Origin: Actinomycetota bacterium
GTDB taxonomy: Bacteria > Actinomycetota > Acidimicrobiia > Acidimicrobiales > Ilumatobacteraceae
DNA length: 64,000 bases
Reading direction: 5' to 3'
Assembly: GCA_037140375.1 (NCBI GenBank)
Contig: JBAXER010000006.1
Span: 975-64,974 of the forward strand
Shown here: piece by piece, positions 45,168 to 54,283 of the stretch
Numbering within the stretch: the stretch's first letter is position 1
Layout: each line of letters opens with the position of its first letter
Made by a program: the position numbers and the translations under genes
Notes under the pieces: model-generated
What the model was told of the DNA's origin: nothing
Database searches by the model: none
Seen by the model: the letters and a program-made list of their open reading frames with translations, nothing else

Positions 45168-46400
45168 GTGGTGTCGATAGTCGATCAGGTGGTGGCGCTC
45201 GAGGCGCTCGACATTTCTCCGCTGTGCGGCGACGAGGTCAACGCAGCCTTGGCGTCGCTGACCCGCGTTCGGTCATGGCTCGATGCGCGCCAGGCGGTGC
45301 TTGTTCGCCGCTTGAAAGCACTCGCTGCCGATTGTCCGTCTCTGTTGCCCGAAGCCGATATTGCGGCAGCGCTTCGTGGCACCCGTGGCGATGCCGAGCG
45401 GGCTGTTGGCCGCTCACAGGCGCTCGGGGCTATGCCAGCTGTCGAGGGTGCGTTGGCAGCCGGTCAGGTCTCTGTTGCCCATGTCGATGTCTTGGGTCGT
45501 GCGTTCAAGCACCTCACCGAGCAGCAGTGCGCTCAGTTGGCCTCGCAGGGTGTGCGCCTTGCCGAGATTGCGTCACGGTCTACGCCCGAACAATTCGCGC
45601 GGGTGTTGCGCACTGAGTTGGCTCGGCTCAATGCGCACTCGGGTGAAGGCCGCTTGGCTCAGCAGCGGCGTGACATCGGTGTGCGATGGTGGGTCAACCC
45701 CGAAACCGGCATGTGGTGTCTACGCGGTGAGTTCGACCCAGATACGGGTATCAGGTTGCAGGGTCGCCTCGAGAACTTGGTCGAGACCATGTTTCACGCT
45801 GCGGTGCCTCACGATTGCCCTACTGGCGATCGCAAGCAAGATCACCTCCGTGCCCTGGCTCTGGCGCACCTCATCGCTGGCGGCGGTTCTGGTGTCCGCA
45901 CACTCGATGAGCCCGACAATCGGTTCGAGGTGTCCGTCGTCATCGATCTCGAAACCCTGATGCATGGTGTGCACTCGCATTCGCATATCGATGTTGGCAG
46001 TGCGGCCGAATTGCCGGTCGAGTCGTACCGGCGCATGGCGTGCATGGCAGCCATTATCCCGATGGTGCTCAACAGCGCTGGCGTGGTTGTCGATCTTGGG
46101 CGCTCGGTGCGTTTGGCCACCAAGGCGCAGCGTCGGGCGTTGCGCGCGATGTATCCCACTTGCCCCATGCCGGGGTGCTCGGTTCGGTCGAAGCATTGCG
46201 AGCCGCACCACATCGCATGGTGGCGCCACAACGGCACTTCCGATCTGCACAATCTGTTGCCGTTGTGCTCGCGGCACCATCACAGCGTGCACGAGGGTGG
46301 GGTCGTTGTGGTCATGGCCCCCGATCGCTCGCTCACGATCACCTACCCAGATGGGCGGGTTCGAACCACGGGGCCGCCTGCAGCGACGAGGGCGGCGTGA
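45168..46400 (+). CDS. DUF222 domain / HNH endonuclease protein (REP13E12-like)
   Basis: GTG starts at 45162, 45168 or 45171 follow AGGGGG. The upstream part of the track ORF overlaps the crotonase gene. The N-terminal DUF222-like region is helical (LTRVRSWLDARQAVLVRRL). The C-terminal HNH region is CPMPGCSVRSKHCEPHHIAWWRHNGTSDLHNLLPLCSRHHHSVHEG. Confidence 0.8.
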   Translation: MVSIVDQVVALEALDISPLCGDEVNAALASLTRVRSWLDARQAVLVRRLKALAADCPSLLPEADIAAALRGTRGDAERAVGRSQALGAMPAVEGALAAGQVSVAHVDVLGRAFKHLTEQQCAQLASQGVRLAEIASRSTPEQFARVLRTELARLNAHSGEGRLAQQRRDIGVRWWVNPETGMWCLRGEFDPDTGIRLQGRLENLVETMFHAAVPHDCPTGDRKQDHLRALALAHLIAGGGSGVRTLDEPDNRFEVSVVIDLETLMHGVHSHSHIDVGSAAELPVESYRRMACMAAIIPMVLNSAGVVVDLGRSVRLATKAQRRALRAMYPTCPMPGCSVRSKHCEPHHIAWWRHNGTSDLHNLLPLCSRHHHSVHEGGVVVVMAPDRSLTITYPDGRVRTTGPPAATRAA

Positions 46401-46438
46401 TGCCCGGGCACTGCTCGGTGTACGGGGCTTGCGCGTGC

Positions 46439-47479
46439 TTAGCCGTTGACCAACTCGGCCATCGTGCGCAGCGTGTCGAGCGACCCACCAACGAGCATCG
46501 TGGTCACGCGGCTTTCGCGCCATGCCTCAATGTCGTCGCGAATCTTTTCACGGGGACCCACCAAACAAATCTCGTCGATCATCGCGGCCGGAACGGCGGC
46601 AATCGCGTCTGCCTGATGACCGCTCAGGAACAAACCCTGAATCTTGTCAACCGCTTCTTCGTGGCCGAGGCGACGGAAGACATCGGCATGGAAGTTCATC
46701 TCTTGGGCGCCCATGCCACCTACGTAGAGGGCCAGTGTGGGGCGCAAGCGGTCGTAGGCGCGCTCGAGGTCGTCGTCGATAGCAACGGTGACCGTGGCCA
46801 AGATCTCAAAGTCTTCGGGTGTGCGGCGCGCCGTAGGGCGAGCGAATCCTTCGCGCAGGTTGGGGCCATAGAGCTCTTCGTGCTTTGGGGCGTAGAAGAT
46901 GGGGAACCAGCCGTCCGCGATCTCGGCGGCGAGGGCCACGTTCTTTGGTCCCTCGGCGCCCAAGAAGATGGGCAGATCTGCGCGCAGCGGATGCGTCATC
47001 ACGTTGAGCGCTTTGCCAAGTCCGAGGCCGTCGAGAGCCGGGATCGGATACTCGGGCCCAGCGTTGGTGAGGCGTTCTTCTCGCGCGAGCACCTTGCGGA
47101 TGATGTTCACGTATTCGCGCGTGCGTGCCAGCGGGCGAGTAAAGCGCTGGCCGTACCAGCCTTCAACCACCTGCGGGCCGCTCACGCCAAGACCCAAACA
47201 GAACCGGCCATGCGACAGGTGATCCATCGTCACGGCCGCCATCGCGGTGGCCGTAGGTGTGCGCGCCGACATTTGGATCAAGTTCGTGCCCAAACGCAGC
47301 TTGGTCGTTGCGGCGCCCCACCAGGCCAACGGCGAGATCGCATCGGAGCCCCACGACTCGGCGGTCCACACGCTGTCGTAGCCGAGTTGTTCGATGGTGG
47401 TCAATGTCTCGGGAACATTGGCGGGCATATCCCGTCCCCAGTAACCGACATGCCAACCGAGTTTCAGATCCTTTGTCAC
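46439..47479 (-). CDS. LLM class F420-dependent oxidoreductase
   Basis: 346 aa luciferase-like TIM barrel. Characteristic blocks are GYDSVWTAESWGSDAISPLAW and GRFCLGLGVSGPQVVEGWYG. Confidence 0.85.
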   Translation of the reverse strand: MTKDLKLGWHVGYWGRDMPANVPETLTTIEQLGYDSVWTAESWGSDAISPLAWWGAATTKLRLGTNLIQMSARTPTATAMAAVTMDHLSHGRFCLGLGVSGPQVVEGWYGQRFTRPLARTREYVNIIRKVLAREERLTNAGPEYPIPALDGLGLGKALNVMTHPLRADLPIFLGAEGPKNVALAAEIADGWFPIFYAPKHEELYGPNLREGFARPTARRTPEDFEILATVTVAIDDDLERAYDRLRPTLALYVGGMGAQEMNFHADVFRRLGHEEAVDKIQGLFLSGHQADAIAAVPAAMIDEICLVGPREKIRDDIEAWRESRVTTMLVGGSLDTLRTMAELVNG

Positions 47480-47539
47480 CGGCTCAGTTTCGCACGGCCA
47501 AGCCGATCGGGTTCAGCCGAACCGACTAGAACTAGATGC

Positions 47540-48520
47540 ATGCGAGCTCTGATGCGATTCAACATGGTGATGCCCGAACCAGATCGGGCCGAGAACGGCC
47601 GTCGTCATCGGGCAATGCTCGACATGGTTCGTTACGCCGATGCGCACGGGTTCTCTGGCGTCTCGCTCGAAGAGCATCACGGCGCAGCCAATGGGTGGAG
47701 CTCGTCGCCGCTGATCTTGGCGGGCCTCATCTTCGGTGCGTCAACCAAACTGCAGGTCACCCTGTCGGCGTTGCTGGTGCCGCTGCACGACCCACTGCGC
47801 ATCGCCGAAGACATCGCTGCGCTCGACCTCGCCAGCGGTGGGCGCCTGGTGGTCATCGCTGGCCTCGGTTATCGACCCGAGGAATACGCGGCGCACGGCA
47901 AAGACTGGGCCTCCCGCGGCGCACTCATGGACGAAGCCATCACGGTCATGCGTCAGGCATGGACCGGCGAACCATTCGAGTATCGCGGCGCCACCGTGCA
48001 GGTGACGCCTGCCCCGCAGAGCGCGCCGCATCCAATCTTGATGCTCGGGGGCACCAGCAAGATTGCGGCGCGACGTGCGGCCCGGTTCGGTTTGCCATTT
48101 TTCGCCGCGGCGCAGGTGCCCGGCCTTGCGGAGTACTACAGCGAACAATGCACCGCCAACGGCACCGGTGGGTTCTTCATGGCGGCATCGGCCGAGACAG
48201 CAATGGTTCACGTTGCCGAAGACCCCGATAAGGCATGGGCCGAGCTGGGCCACCACTTCTTGCACGAGGCTCAGGTGTACGCCGGTTGGCAAACGCCAGA
48301 CATCCAGTCGGCCGTGCACAGCACTGCCACCACCGTCGACCAACTGCGCGCCGAAGGCACGTACCAAATCCTCACGCCCGAACAATGCGTGCAGCGCTGC
48401 AAGACCTTGGGGCCGTTCGATGCGCTCACGTTGCACCCAATGTGCGGCGGTATGCCCATCGACGAAGCGTGGTCCTCGATCCGCCTCGTGGCCGAAGCCG
48501 TCTTGCCAGAGTTCGCATAG
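47540..48520 (+). CDS. LLM class flavin/F420-dependent oxidoreductase
   Basis: This is the last 326 codons of the 826-aa track ORF, starting at MRALMRFNMVMPEP. Blocks include ADAHGFSGVSLEEHH and GRLVVIAGLGYRPEEY. The upstream 500 codons are antisense to the previous gene. Confidence 0.8.
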   Translation: MRALMRFNMVMPEPDRAENGRRHRAMLDMVRYADAHGFSGVSLEEHHGAANGWSSSPLILAGLIFGASTKLQVTLSALLVPLHDPLRIAEDIAALDLASGGRLVVIAGLGYRPEEYAAHGKDWASRGALMDEAITVMRQAWTGEPFEYRGATVQVTPAPQSAPHPILMLGGTSKIAARRAARFGLPFFAAAQVPGLAEYYSEQCTANGTGGFFMAASAETAMVHVAEDPDKAWAELGHHFLHEAQVYAGWQTPDIQSAVHSTATTVDQLRAEGTYQILTPEQCVQRCKTLGPFDALTLHPMCGGMPIDEAWSSIRLVAEAVLPEFA

Positions 48521-48531
48521 CTCGGGCCGCA

Positions 48532-49983
48532 GTGCGCTCATCGTCGCTCGCCGTGGTGCTGATTGCGGCGGTGTGCGTCGGATGTGCAAGCAACGGTGAG
48601 CAAGTCGCTGGGTCGACAACGGCGCTCACCGCGACCACGCCTGTAGACGCGTCGACGAGCTCAACAACAAGTCCGGAGCACGATTGTTTTTGGTCGCCCG
48701 GAATCACCCGCGGCGCCAACAACACTCAGTATCCCGATGCAAACGCCACGTATTGGTACTCGGCCTACACGGTGCCCACCGGCGCCACGGTTCGGCTCAA
48801 CGGCATGTTTGCTCACGCCCGATACGAATCGTTCGGCAGCTACGCATTCGACCTCGCAGCGAACGAGGTCGGTGTCGCTGTTGATGTGTTGGCCGACATC
48901 GACATCGAACCGCTGACCGGATCAACTAACCCATTTCTGGTCGGCGCCCGCCGGGATGCCGTGAATCGTCAGTACACGGTCACGCTGCAACAGTCGGCCG
49001 TGCCCAGCGTGCCCAGCGCGCTCAGCGCACCGCCACGCGACCCAAACGTGCTCTACACCTTGCCCAACTCGGCGCCGCCGGCCACGTCGTCAGTGCAGCA
49101 AGAGATCATCTATCGCGTGTATGTGCCCGACCACGCACGCGACCTCACCGGAGATTCCGGACTACCCAACGTTGAGGTCACGCTGGCCGGCGGGGCGGCC
49201 ATCACCGGCAGCGAGGCATGTGCTGCGCTGCACGCCGATCCCTCAGCGCCGGCCAATGGGGCGGGCCTGCTCTCGGCCGATACGTATCGGCAATTGGTGC
49301 GCCTCGGCGATGCCAACACACACCCGGCGCATGACCCGCCAACGTGGTTGCGGTTTTTCAATCCGCGGTTCAACGTGTTGGCGTCGTTCTGGACGGGCAC
49401 CTCGTATGAGCCGCAGATCGCTGCCCTCGACACATCGATCCGCAAGGGTTTCTACGCCAACATCAATACCGATTACGGCGTCGCCGCGGTGAACAGATCC
49501 CTCGGCGACGGGCCCAGAGATCACAACGTGTTGGTGCTGCGCGGCAAGGCGCCGACCACCCCACGAACTGGCGATGGTGAACTGGTGATGACCGACGCGC
49601 AGGTGCGTTATTGGTCGATCTGCCAAAACGAAAGCCCGGTCACGACACGTGTGTCCGACTGCTTATACGACGAGCAAATCCCTATCGATGCCGACGGCAT
49701 GTACACCGTTGTTGTCAGCCTCGCCGAGGATCGACCCAGCAACGCCACCATCGCTTGCGGCGTTGCGTGGATGGCGTGGGGCGACGGCGATGGCGTCGAC
49801 CGTCCGCAAGCCGGCTCGCTGATTCTGCGCCACATGTTGCCCGCCGCCACGTTTACCCATACGTGGGCTCACGTTGCTGAACCCGGCACCGAACAAGCAG
49901 TGCTCGGCGCGTACCTGCCACAGGGCGAATACCGAGCGCGGTCGGCATTCGAACAACGTGGGTGCCCGCCAGCCAAGAACTAA
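48532..49983 (+). CDS. secreted lipoprotein of unknown function
   Basis: GTG at 48532 gives MRSSSLAVVLIAAVCVGCASNG, a signal peptide with a lipobox. It lies 12 nt after the LLM stop. A Thr/Ser linker is followed by a ~440-aa globular domain with several Cys. No family recognised. Confidence 0.6.
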   Translation: MRSSSLAVVLIAAVCVGCASNGEQVAGSTTALTATTPVDASTSSTTSPEHDCFWSPGITRGANNTQYPDANATYWYSAYTVPTGATVRLNGMFAHARYESFGSYAFDLAANEVGVAVDVLADIDIEPLTGSTNPFLVGARRDAVNRQYTVTLQQSAVPSVPSALSAPPRDPNVLYTLPNSAPPATSSVQQEIIYRVYVPDHARDLTGDSGLPNVEVTLAGGAAITGSEACAALHADPSAPANGAGLLSADTYRQLVRLGDANTHPAHDPPTWLRFFNPRFNVLASFWTGTSYEPQIAALDTSIRKGFYANINTDYGVAAVNRSLGDGPRDHNVLVLRGKAPTTPRTGDGELVMTDAQVRYWSICQNESPVTTRVSDCLYDEQIPIDADGMYTVVVSLAEDRPSNATIACGVAWMAWGDGDGVDRPQAGSLILRHMLPAATFTHTWAHVAEPGTEQAVLGAYLPQGEYRARSAFEQRGCPPAKN

Positions 49984-49992
49984 ATGGCGCGC

Positions 49993-51498
49993 TCAGCGCG
50001 CCGCACACTGCGCCGAATCGTGTGCACTCAATGTGTACAACACGCCGCCAGTCACACTCTGCGCCACAGTGAGATCGATGACCTCGGCGAGATCAGGGCG
50101 ACGATCTGCGGGCCCATCGCCAGCATTGGCCAACGTTCCGAACCAAGCAAGATACGTGTGCGGCAGGCATGCATAGCGCAGCGTGTCGGCAACGCTGAGC
50201 GGATAGTTGCTGTTGCCGGCGCGTGGCCGCACAAACGCGAACAACGTGGGATTGCGATCGCTCTGCCACCACACCCGTTGGGGACTATTGGTCAGCACGT
50301 GTGCGTCGGCGGGCAGTGTGTCGATGAGGTCGAAGAGTGCTTTCGACGTTTGCGTACGCGACCCGGCAGCGATGGCGACCACGTCTGGCAAGCGGTCGGC
50401 GACGGCAACTCCTTCGTACGCCGACCAGCCAACTACTGCGACGGCGAGCGCGATGATCACCGCTCGCCACCGAATGCGTTCGAGCATCACTGCCGCGAAG
50501 TAGACGATGGGGATGAGCGAAGGCGACATCACCCTGAACTCAATGTCGCTCGCGGTGAAATGCCGCGCAAGGGCTGGCAGCGCCAACGATGTGAGTGCGA
50601 ACGCAGCCATGCCGAAATCAAGCACGCGGCGAGTTCCGGCAATCATCGTGATCACGATCGCTGCCGCGAGTAGCACGGTGATTACTGTGCCCCCGTTGTG
50701 GGTCGCGCCTTTGCTCGCTGTGTTGCCGAAGACCAGCGCGCCGACGCCCGAAGTGACCCGGTTGGTGAGTTGGCCGATCGATTCGGGGCTGCCTCCCGAG
50801 AACCTTGGCCCAAGTGCTTCGCCGGTTTGCGCGAGGTTTCGAAGTATCCACACGGAGCACACGGCGAAAGAGGTAGCAAGATGAATCGTCAACAGTCGTA
50901 ACGAGCGGCGTCGCTCGAGGCCCAGCTGTTGAGCGGCGGCAAGCACGCACACGGCCCCGGCGGCGATGAGTCCAACGCCCGCATAACGCGTGAGGAAACC
51001 GAGTGCGCACAGCAGGCCGCCGAGCGCAGCGGTTCGTTCGGTGAGTGGCCGCAGTGTGAGCACGGCCAGCGCAGCCAACGAGATGACGATGTAGGGGTTC
51101 TCGCTCCAGACCGTGGAGCCGATGTACACGAGGCCAGGGCTGAGTGCGAATGCGGCTGCACCGGCGACCGCAACCCACGGGCGAACTCGCGACCGCAGCA
51201 GTATGAACATCAGCCACGTGGCGCCAACGATGCACGCGGCGCCAACAACGCGCGCCCATTGCAGGTTGCGTCCGCCCGCGGAAAGTAGCAACGGAAACAA
51301 CGGACCAAACACAGTGAGCGGTTGTCCGCTGAACTCGGTGAGCCCGCGGCCTGAACGAAACAGCGCGGCGGCAGAGAGGTAGCTGATTGAGTCGGGCGAC
51401 AGCACCGGGTCGTGGCGAGTTGCGTAGACAATGACGGCGCCGCTGAGCGCAGCGACCACAACGGCTGCGCCAGTTGCTGCGCGGCCGCCGAAATGCAT
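49993..51498 (-). CDS. polytopic membrane protein, GT-C-fold glycosyltransferase-like (PMT_2/ArnT-like)
   Basis: 501 aa with at least 10 hydrophobic helices followed by a ~120-aa soluble C-terminal domain. The Asp-containing first loop (HDPVLSPDSISYLS) resembles GT39/GT83-type enzymes. The functional call is tentative. Confidence 0.55.
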   Translation of the reverse strand: MHFGGRAATGAAVVVAALSGAVIVYATRHDPVLSPDSISYLSAAALFRSGRGLTEFSGQPLTVFGPLFPLLLSAGGRNLQWARVVGAACIVGATWLMFILLRSRVRPWVAVAGAAAFALSPGLVYIGSTVWSENPYIVISLAALAVLTLRPLTERTAALGGLLCALGFLTRYAGVGLIAAGAVCVLAAAQQLGLERRRSLRLLTIHLATSFAVCSVWILRNLAQTGEALGPRFSGGSPESIGQLTNRVTSGVGALVFGNTASKGATHNGGTVITVLLAAAIVITMIAGTRRVLDFGMAAFALTSLALPALARHFTASDIEFRVMSPSLIPIVYFAAVMLERIRWRAVIIALAVAVVGWSAYEGVAVADRLPDVVAIAAGSRTQTSKALFDLIDTLPADAHVLTNSPQRVWWQSDRNPTLFAFVRPRAGNSNYPLSVADTLRYACLPHTYLAWFGTLANAGDGPADRRPDLAEVIDLTVAQSVTGGVLYTLSAHDSAQCAAR

Positions 51499-51508
51499 GC
51501 GGCGAAAT

Positions 51509-53080
51509 CTAACCGATGAGCTCGAGCGCCGTTTTCTTTGCCCACGTGTAGTCGGCCTTGCCGACCGGGGTGCGCTGAATCTCGTCGAGGAACAGCACGG
51601 TTCGTGGGGCCTTGTAGTCGGCGAGTTCGGTGCGGCAGTGAGCCTTTACGTCGGCCTCAGAGAGTTCGTGGCCAGGCCGAACGTGAACGATTGCGGTGAC
51701 TTGTTCGCCCCAGCGTTCGTTGGGTGTACCAACGACAACGGCATCGAACACAGCTGGATGCTTTTTGAGTACGGCTTCGACTTCTTCGGGATAGATCTTC
51801 TCGCCGCCCGAGTTGATGCTCACCGAACCGCGCCCGAGCAGGGTGATGGTGCCGTCGTCTTCGATGCGAGCGAAGTCGCCAGGCACAACCCAACGCTTGC
51901 CAGCGAAGGTTGGAAACGTGGCCGCGGTCTTCTCGGGATCTTTGTAATAGCCGAGGGGGATGTAGCCGGTGCGTGCCAACTTGCCGGTGACGCCGGGCTC
52001 GCATTGCTCGCCGGTGTCGGACAACACGGTGGTGTGCGGCCCCATCGCGAAACGTGGTGCGCCAAAGCCTTCGCCTGCGTCGACCTTGCTGCCGGTGGCG
52101 CCAGTTTCAGAAGCGCCGAAGCTGTCCATGATGACGGCGGTTGGCAACGCTGCGGTGAGCTGCTCGCGCACGGCTGCCGAGAGCGGAGCGCCACCATTGC
52201 CGAATGCAAACAGCGACGACAGGTCGTAGGTGCCTGCCGGTGAACCGGCAATGGCCTCGGCGAGCGGACGTGCCATCGCATCGCCAATGGTGTTCACGCT
52301 GTTCACGTGCTCGCGCTCGATGATGCGCAGCACGGCATCGGCGTCGAAGCCGCGCTCGGTGTATAGCACGATGGTGCCGCCAATGAAGATGGTGTTGCCG
52401 AGCATCCACTGCGCGCCGCCGTGCATCATCGGCCCGATGGCCATCATCGTCATTGAGGTTGGCGATGCCGTGACTTCGGCGGCGAGATCTTCGGGACGCT
52501 CGAGCTCTTTGCCGTAGCGAGCGCTGTTCATCGTGGCGAAGAACGTGTCTTCGTGGCGCCACATCACGCCCTTGGGCATACCGGTGGTGCCGCCGGTGTA
52601 GAGCATGTAGAGGTCGTCGTTCGAGCGGCCCAAGTTCGGGCGCTCGGGTGATGCTGCGGCCAAGGCTGCTTCGTAGTCGGGGCCGATTTCGAGCACGTGG
52701 CGCACGCCCGGCAGATCGACCAGCACGGCATCGAGACGCTCGCGGAATTGTGGCTCGACGATGACGGCGATGCTGTCGGCGTTGTCGTAGAGATACCGCA
52801 GCTCGGCTTCGACATAGCGGTAGTTCACGTTGATCGGAACGGCGCTGAGCTTGAAGCAAGCGAAGAACGCTTCGACCCACTCGGCGCAGTTCATAGCGTG
52901 GATGGCTACGTGGTCGCCCTTGTTGACGCCGTTGGCGTGCAGGTGATTGGCGAGCCTGGTTGCCCGGTCGTCGAGTTCGCGATAAGTGCGGCGCTGCTCG
53001 CCGGCCACCACCGCAGTGCGGTGGGGAACGGCATCGGCGATCACCTCGAACAGGTCGGCCAAGTTGAATGTGCGACTCAT
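51509..53080 (-). CDS. acyl-CoA synthetase, FadD17/FadD19-like (AMP-binding)
   Basis: The start at MSRTFNLADLFE overlaps the upstream stop (ATGA at 53077-53080), giving 523 aa. Blocks NVNYRYVEAELRYLYDNADS, LYTGGTTGMPKGVMWRHED and GSVSINSGGEKIYPEEVE parallel my memory of mycobacterial FadD19. Confidence 0.85.
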   Translation of the reverse strand: MSRTFNLADLFEVIADAVPHRTAVVAGEQRRTYRELDDRATRLANHLHANGVNKGDHVAIHAMNCAEWVEAFFACFKLSAVPINVNYRYVEAELRYLYDNADSIAVIVEPQFRERLDAVLVDLPGVRHVLEIGPDYEAALAAASPERPNLGRSNDDLYMLYTGGTTGMPKGVMWRHEDTFFATMNSARYGKELERPEDLAAEVTASPTSMTMMAIGPMMHGGAQWMLGNTIFIGGTIVLYTERGFDADAVLRIIEREHVNSVNTIGDAMARPLAEAIAGSPAGTYDLSSLFAFGNGGAPLSAAVREQLTAALPTAVIMDSFGASETGATGSKVDAGEGFGAPRFAMGPHTTVLSDTGEQCEPGVTGKLARTGYIPLGYYKDPEKTAATFPTFAGKRWVVPGDFARIEDDGTITLLGRGSVSINSGGEKIYPEEVEAVLKKHPAVFDAVVVGTPNERWGEQVTAIVHVRPGHELSEADVKAHCRTELADYKAPRTVLFLDEIQRTPVGKADYTWAKKTALELIG

Positions 53081-54228
53081 TGGGCGGCCTCGCCAGTACT
53101 GGGTCCGGCGTAGCCATCGAGCATGTCGACAAATCCGTATTGCTTGTGCGGCCCGATGATCATCGTCTCGTACAGGCCATAGCCCACATGCGTGCCGCGG
53201 TCGTCGGTGTACGTGAACCGTGCGCCCGCATCGACGATGCCGAACAGGCGCGCCTTGCCCTCGGCGGTATTGGTGTCGAGATGGAAGTGCTGCACCACCG
53301 GTTCGGCGCCTTGCCACATGCCATGGCGCCAATCGGCGTCGTAGCCGTAGCCCGTGCCAATACCGATGTGAATCGGGATGAGTGGCTCGGCCGTGATGTC
53401 GATTGTCGACCCATCGGCTGCGTCCATCATCAGGTGAGCGCCGGTGCTGAATCGCGTGCCGGGAGTGAACTCGAGTGCATGACGCGGCGCATGGAAGAAC
53501 TCGGGCTCGCGGCCGGTTTCGGCGGGCCACAGACGCACGGCTTCTTCGAGCACGCGGCTGCCGTCTTGGCGCTCTTGAATCATCACGACCATCGAGTGAT
53601 CGTCGAAACGAATGGGCGCATAGACCCAGAACCAACTGAATGGGTTCTTGGCGCGGATGCCCTGTGGTTCGCTTTCGCCGATTGGGCGAATGCCCCACGA
53701 GCGATCACGCGATCCCCACCACGTGGCCTCGGTGAGCGAGAACGTTTTGCCGTCGACGGTGAGTTCGCCGTCCCATCCGCCGAGCTGAGCAAGGCGAGTG
53801 GTGTCGAAAATGGCCCGACCGTTCTCGCGGATGTAATGGCGTGGCTCTTCGAACGGTGCATGCGCGCCGGTCCATGTGGCGTCGATGGTGATGCCCCATT
53901 CGTTGGGCTCGCACACAACACGTAGGCGCTTGAGGCCTTCGATGACTTCGACACTGAGCGGGCCAACGCTGGGGTGCAAACGGTCGACACCCTCGAGCTC
54001 GCGTGATGCGCGCACCACGTTGTATTGACCCTTGTGCATCACGGCGAGGAACGAATCGATGACCCCGAGGTTGGGGTACACGCCCAGGCCGAGAATGAAC
54101 ATGCACTCGCCCGACTTGTCGAAACCGTTGAAGTAGTACCGGTCGTAGAAGTTGCGGTCGGTGGTGCCCACATGCTGCATGGGCTCGGGCAACTGATGGA
54201 TGGGATAGTCGTCGAGGTTCGTAAGCAT
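53077..54228 (-). CDS. conserved hypothetical protein (unknown family, beta-rich)
   Basis: 383-aa clean ORF (MLTNLDDYPIHQLPEP...WWGSRDRSWGIRP...). It is translationally coupled to the acyl-CoA synthetase. I cannot name the family with confidence. Confidence 0.7.
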   Translation of the reverse strand: MLTNLDDYPIHQLPEPMQHVGTTDRNFYDRYYFNGFDKSGECMFILGLGVYPNLGVIDSFLAVMHKGQYNVVRASRELEGVDRLHPSVGPLSVEVIEGLKRLRVVCEPNEWGITIDATWTGAHAPFEEPRHYIRENGRAIFDTTRLAQLGGWDGELTVDGKTFSLTEATWWGSRDRSWGIRPIGESEPQGIRAKNPFSWFWVYAPIRFDDHSMVVMIQERQDGSRVLEEAVRLWPAETGREPEFFHAPRHALEFTPGTRFSTGAHLMMDAADGSTIDITAEPLIPIHIGIGTGYGYDADWRHGMWQGAEPVVQHFHLDTNTAEGKARLFGIVDAGARFTYTDDRGTHVGYGLYETMIIGPHKQYGFVDMLDGYAGPSTGEAAQ

Positions 54229-54283
54229 GGGGGTCTTTCAGAGTCGAGGGAGCGTCAGCCGCAGGGGCGTCAGAGGGGGAGTG

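Noticed and set aside
46355-46370. GGGTTCGAACC string resembling a tRNA T-loop
   Set aside because: It lies inside the HNH coding region. The flanks cannot form a T-stem or an acceptor stem, and no anticodon arm is present.
46040-47539. First 500 codons of the 826-aa plus-strand ORF (46040-48520)
   Set aside because: It is antisense to the well-supported F420 LLM gene (46439-47479) and to the end of the HNH gene. Its composition is Arg/Gly/Ala-rich, typical of open antisense frames in GC-rich DNA. Only the last 326 codons (47540-48520) look like a real LLM protein.
53081-53698. N-terminal extension of the 729-aa acyl-CoA synthetase ORF
   Set aside because: It is Arg/His-rich nonsense that overlaps the real upstream gene in another frame. 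The ATG at 53080 gives a canonical FadD N-terminus and an ATGA overlap with the upstream stop.
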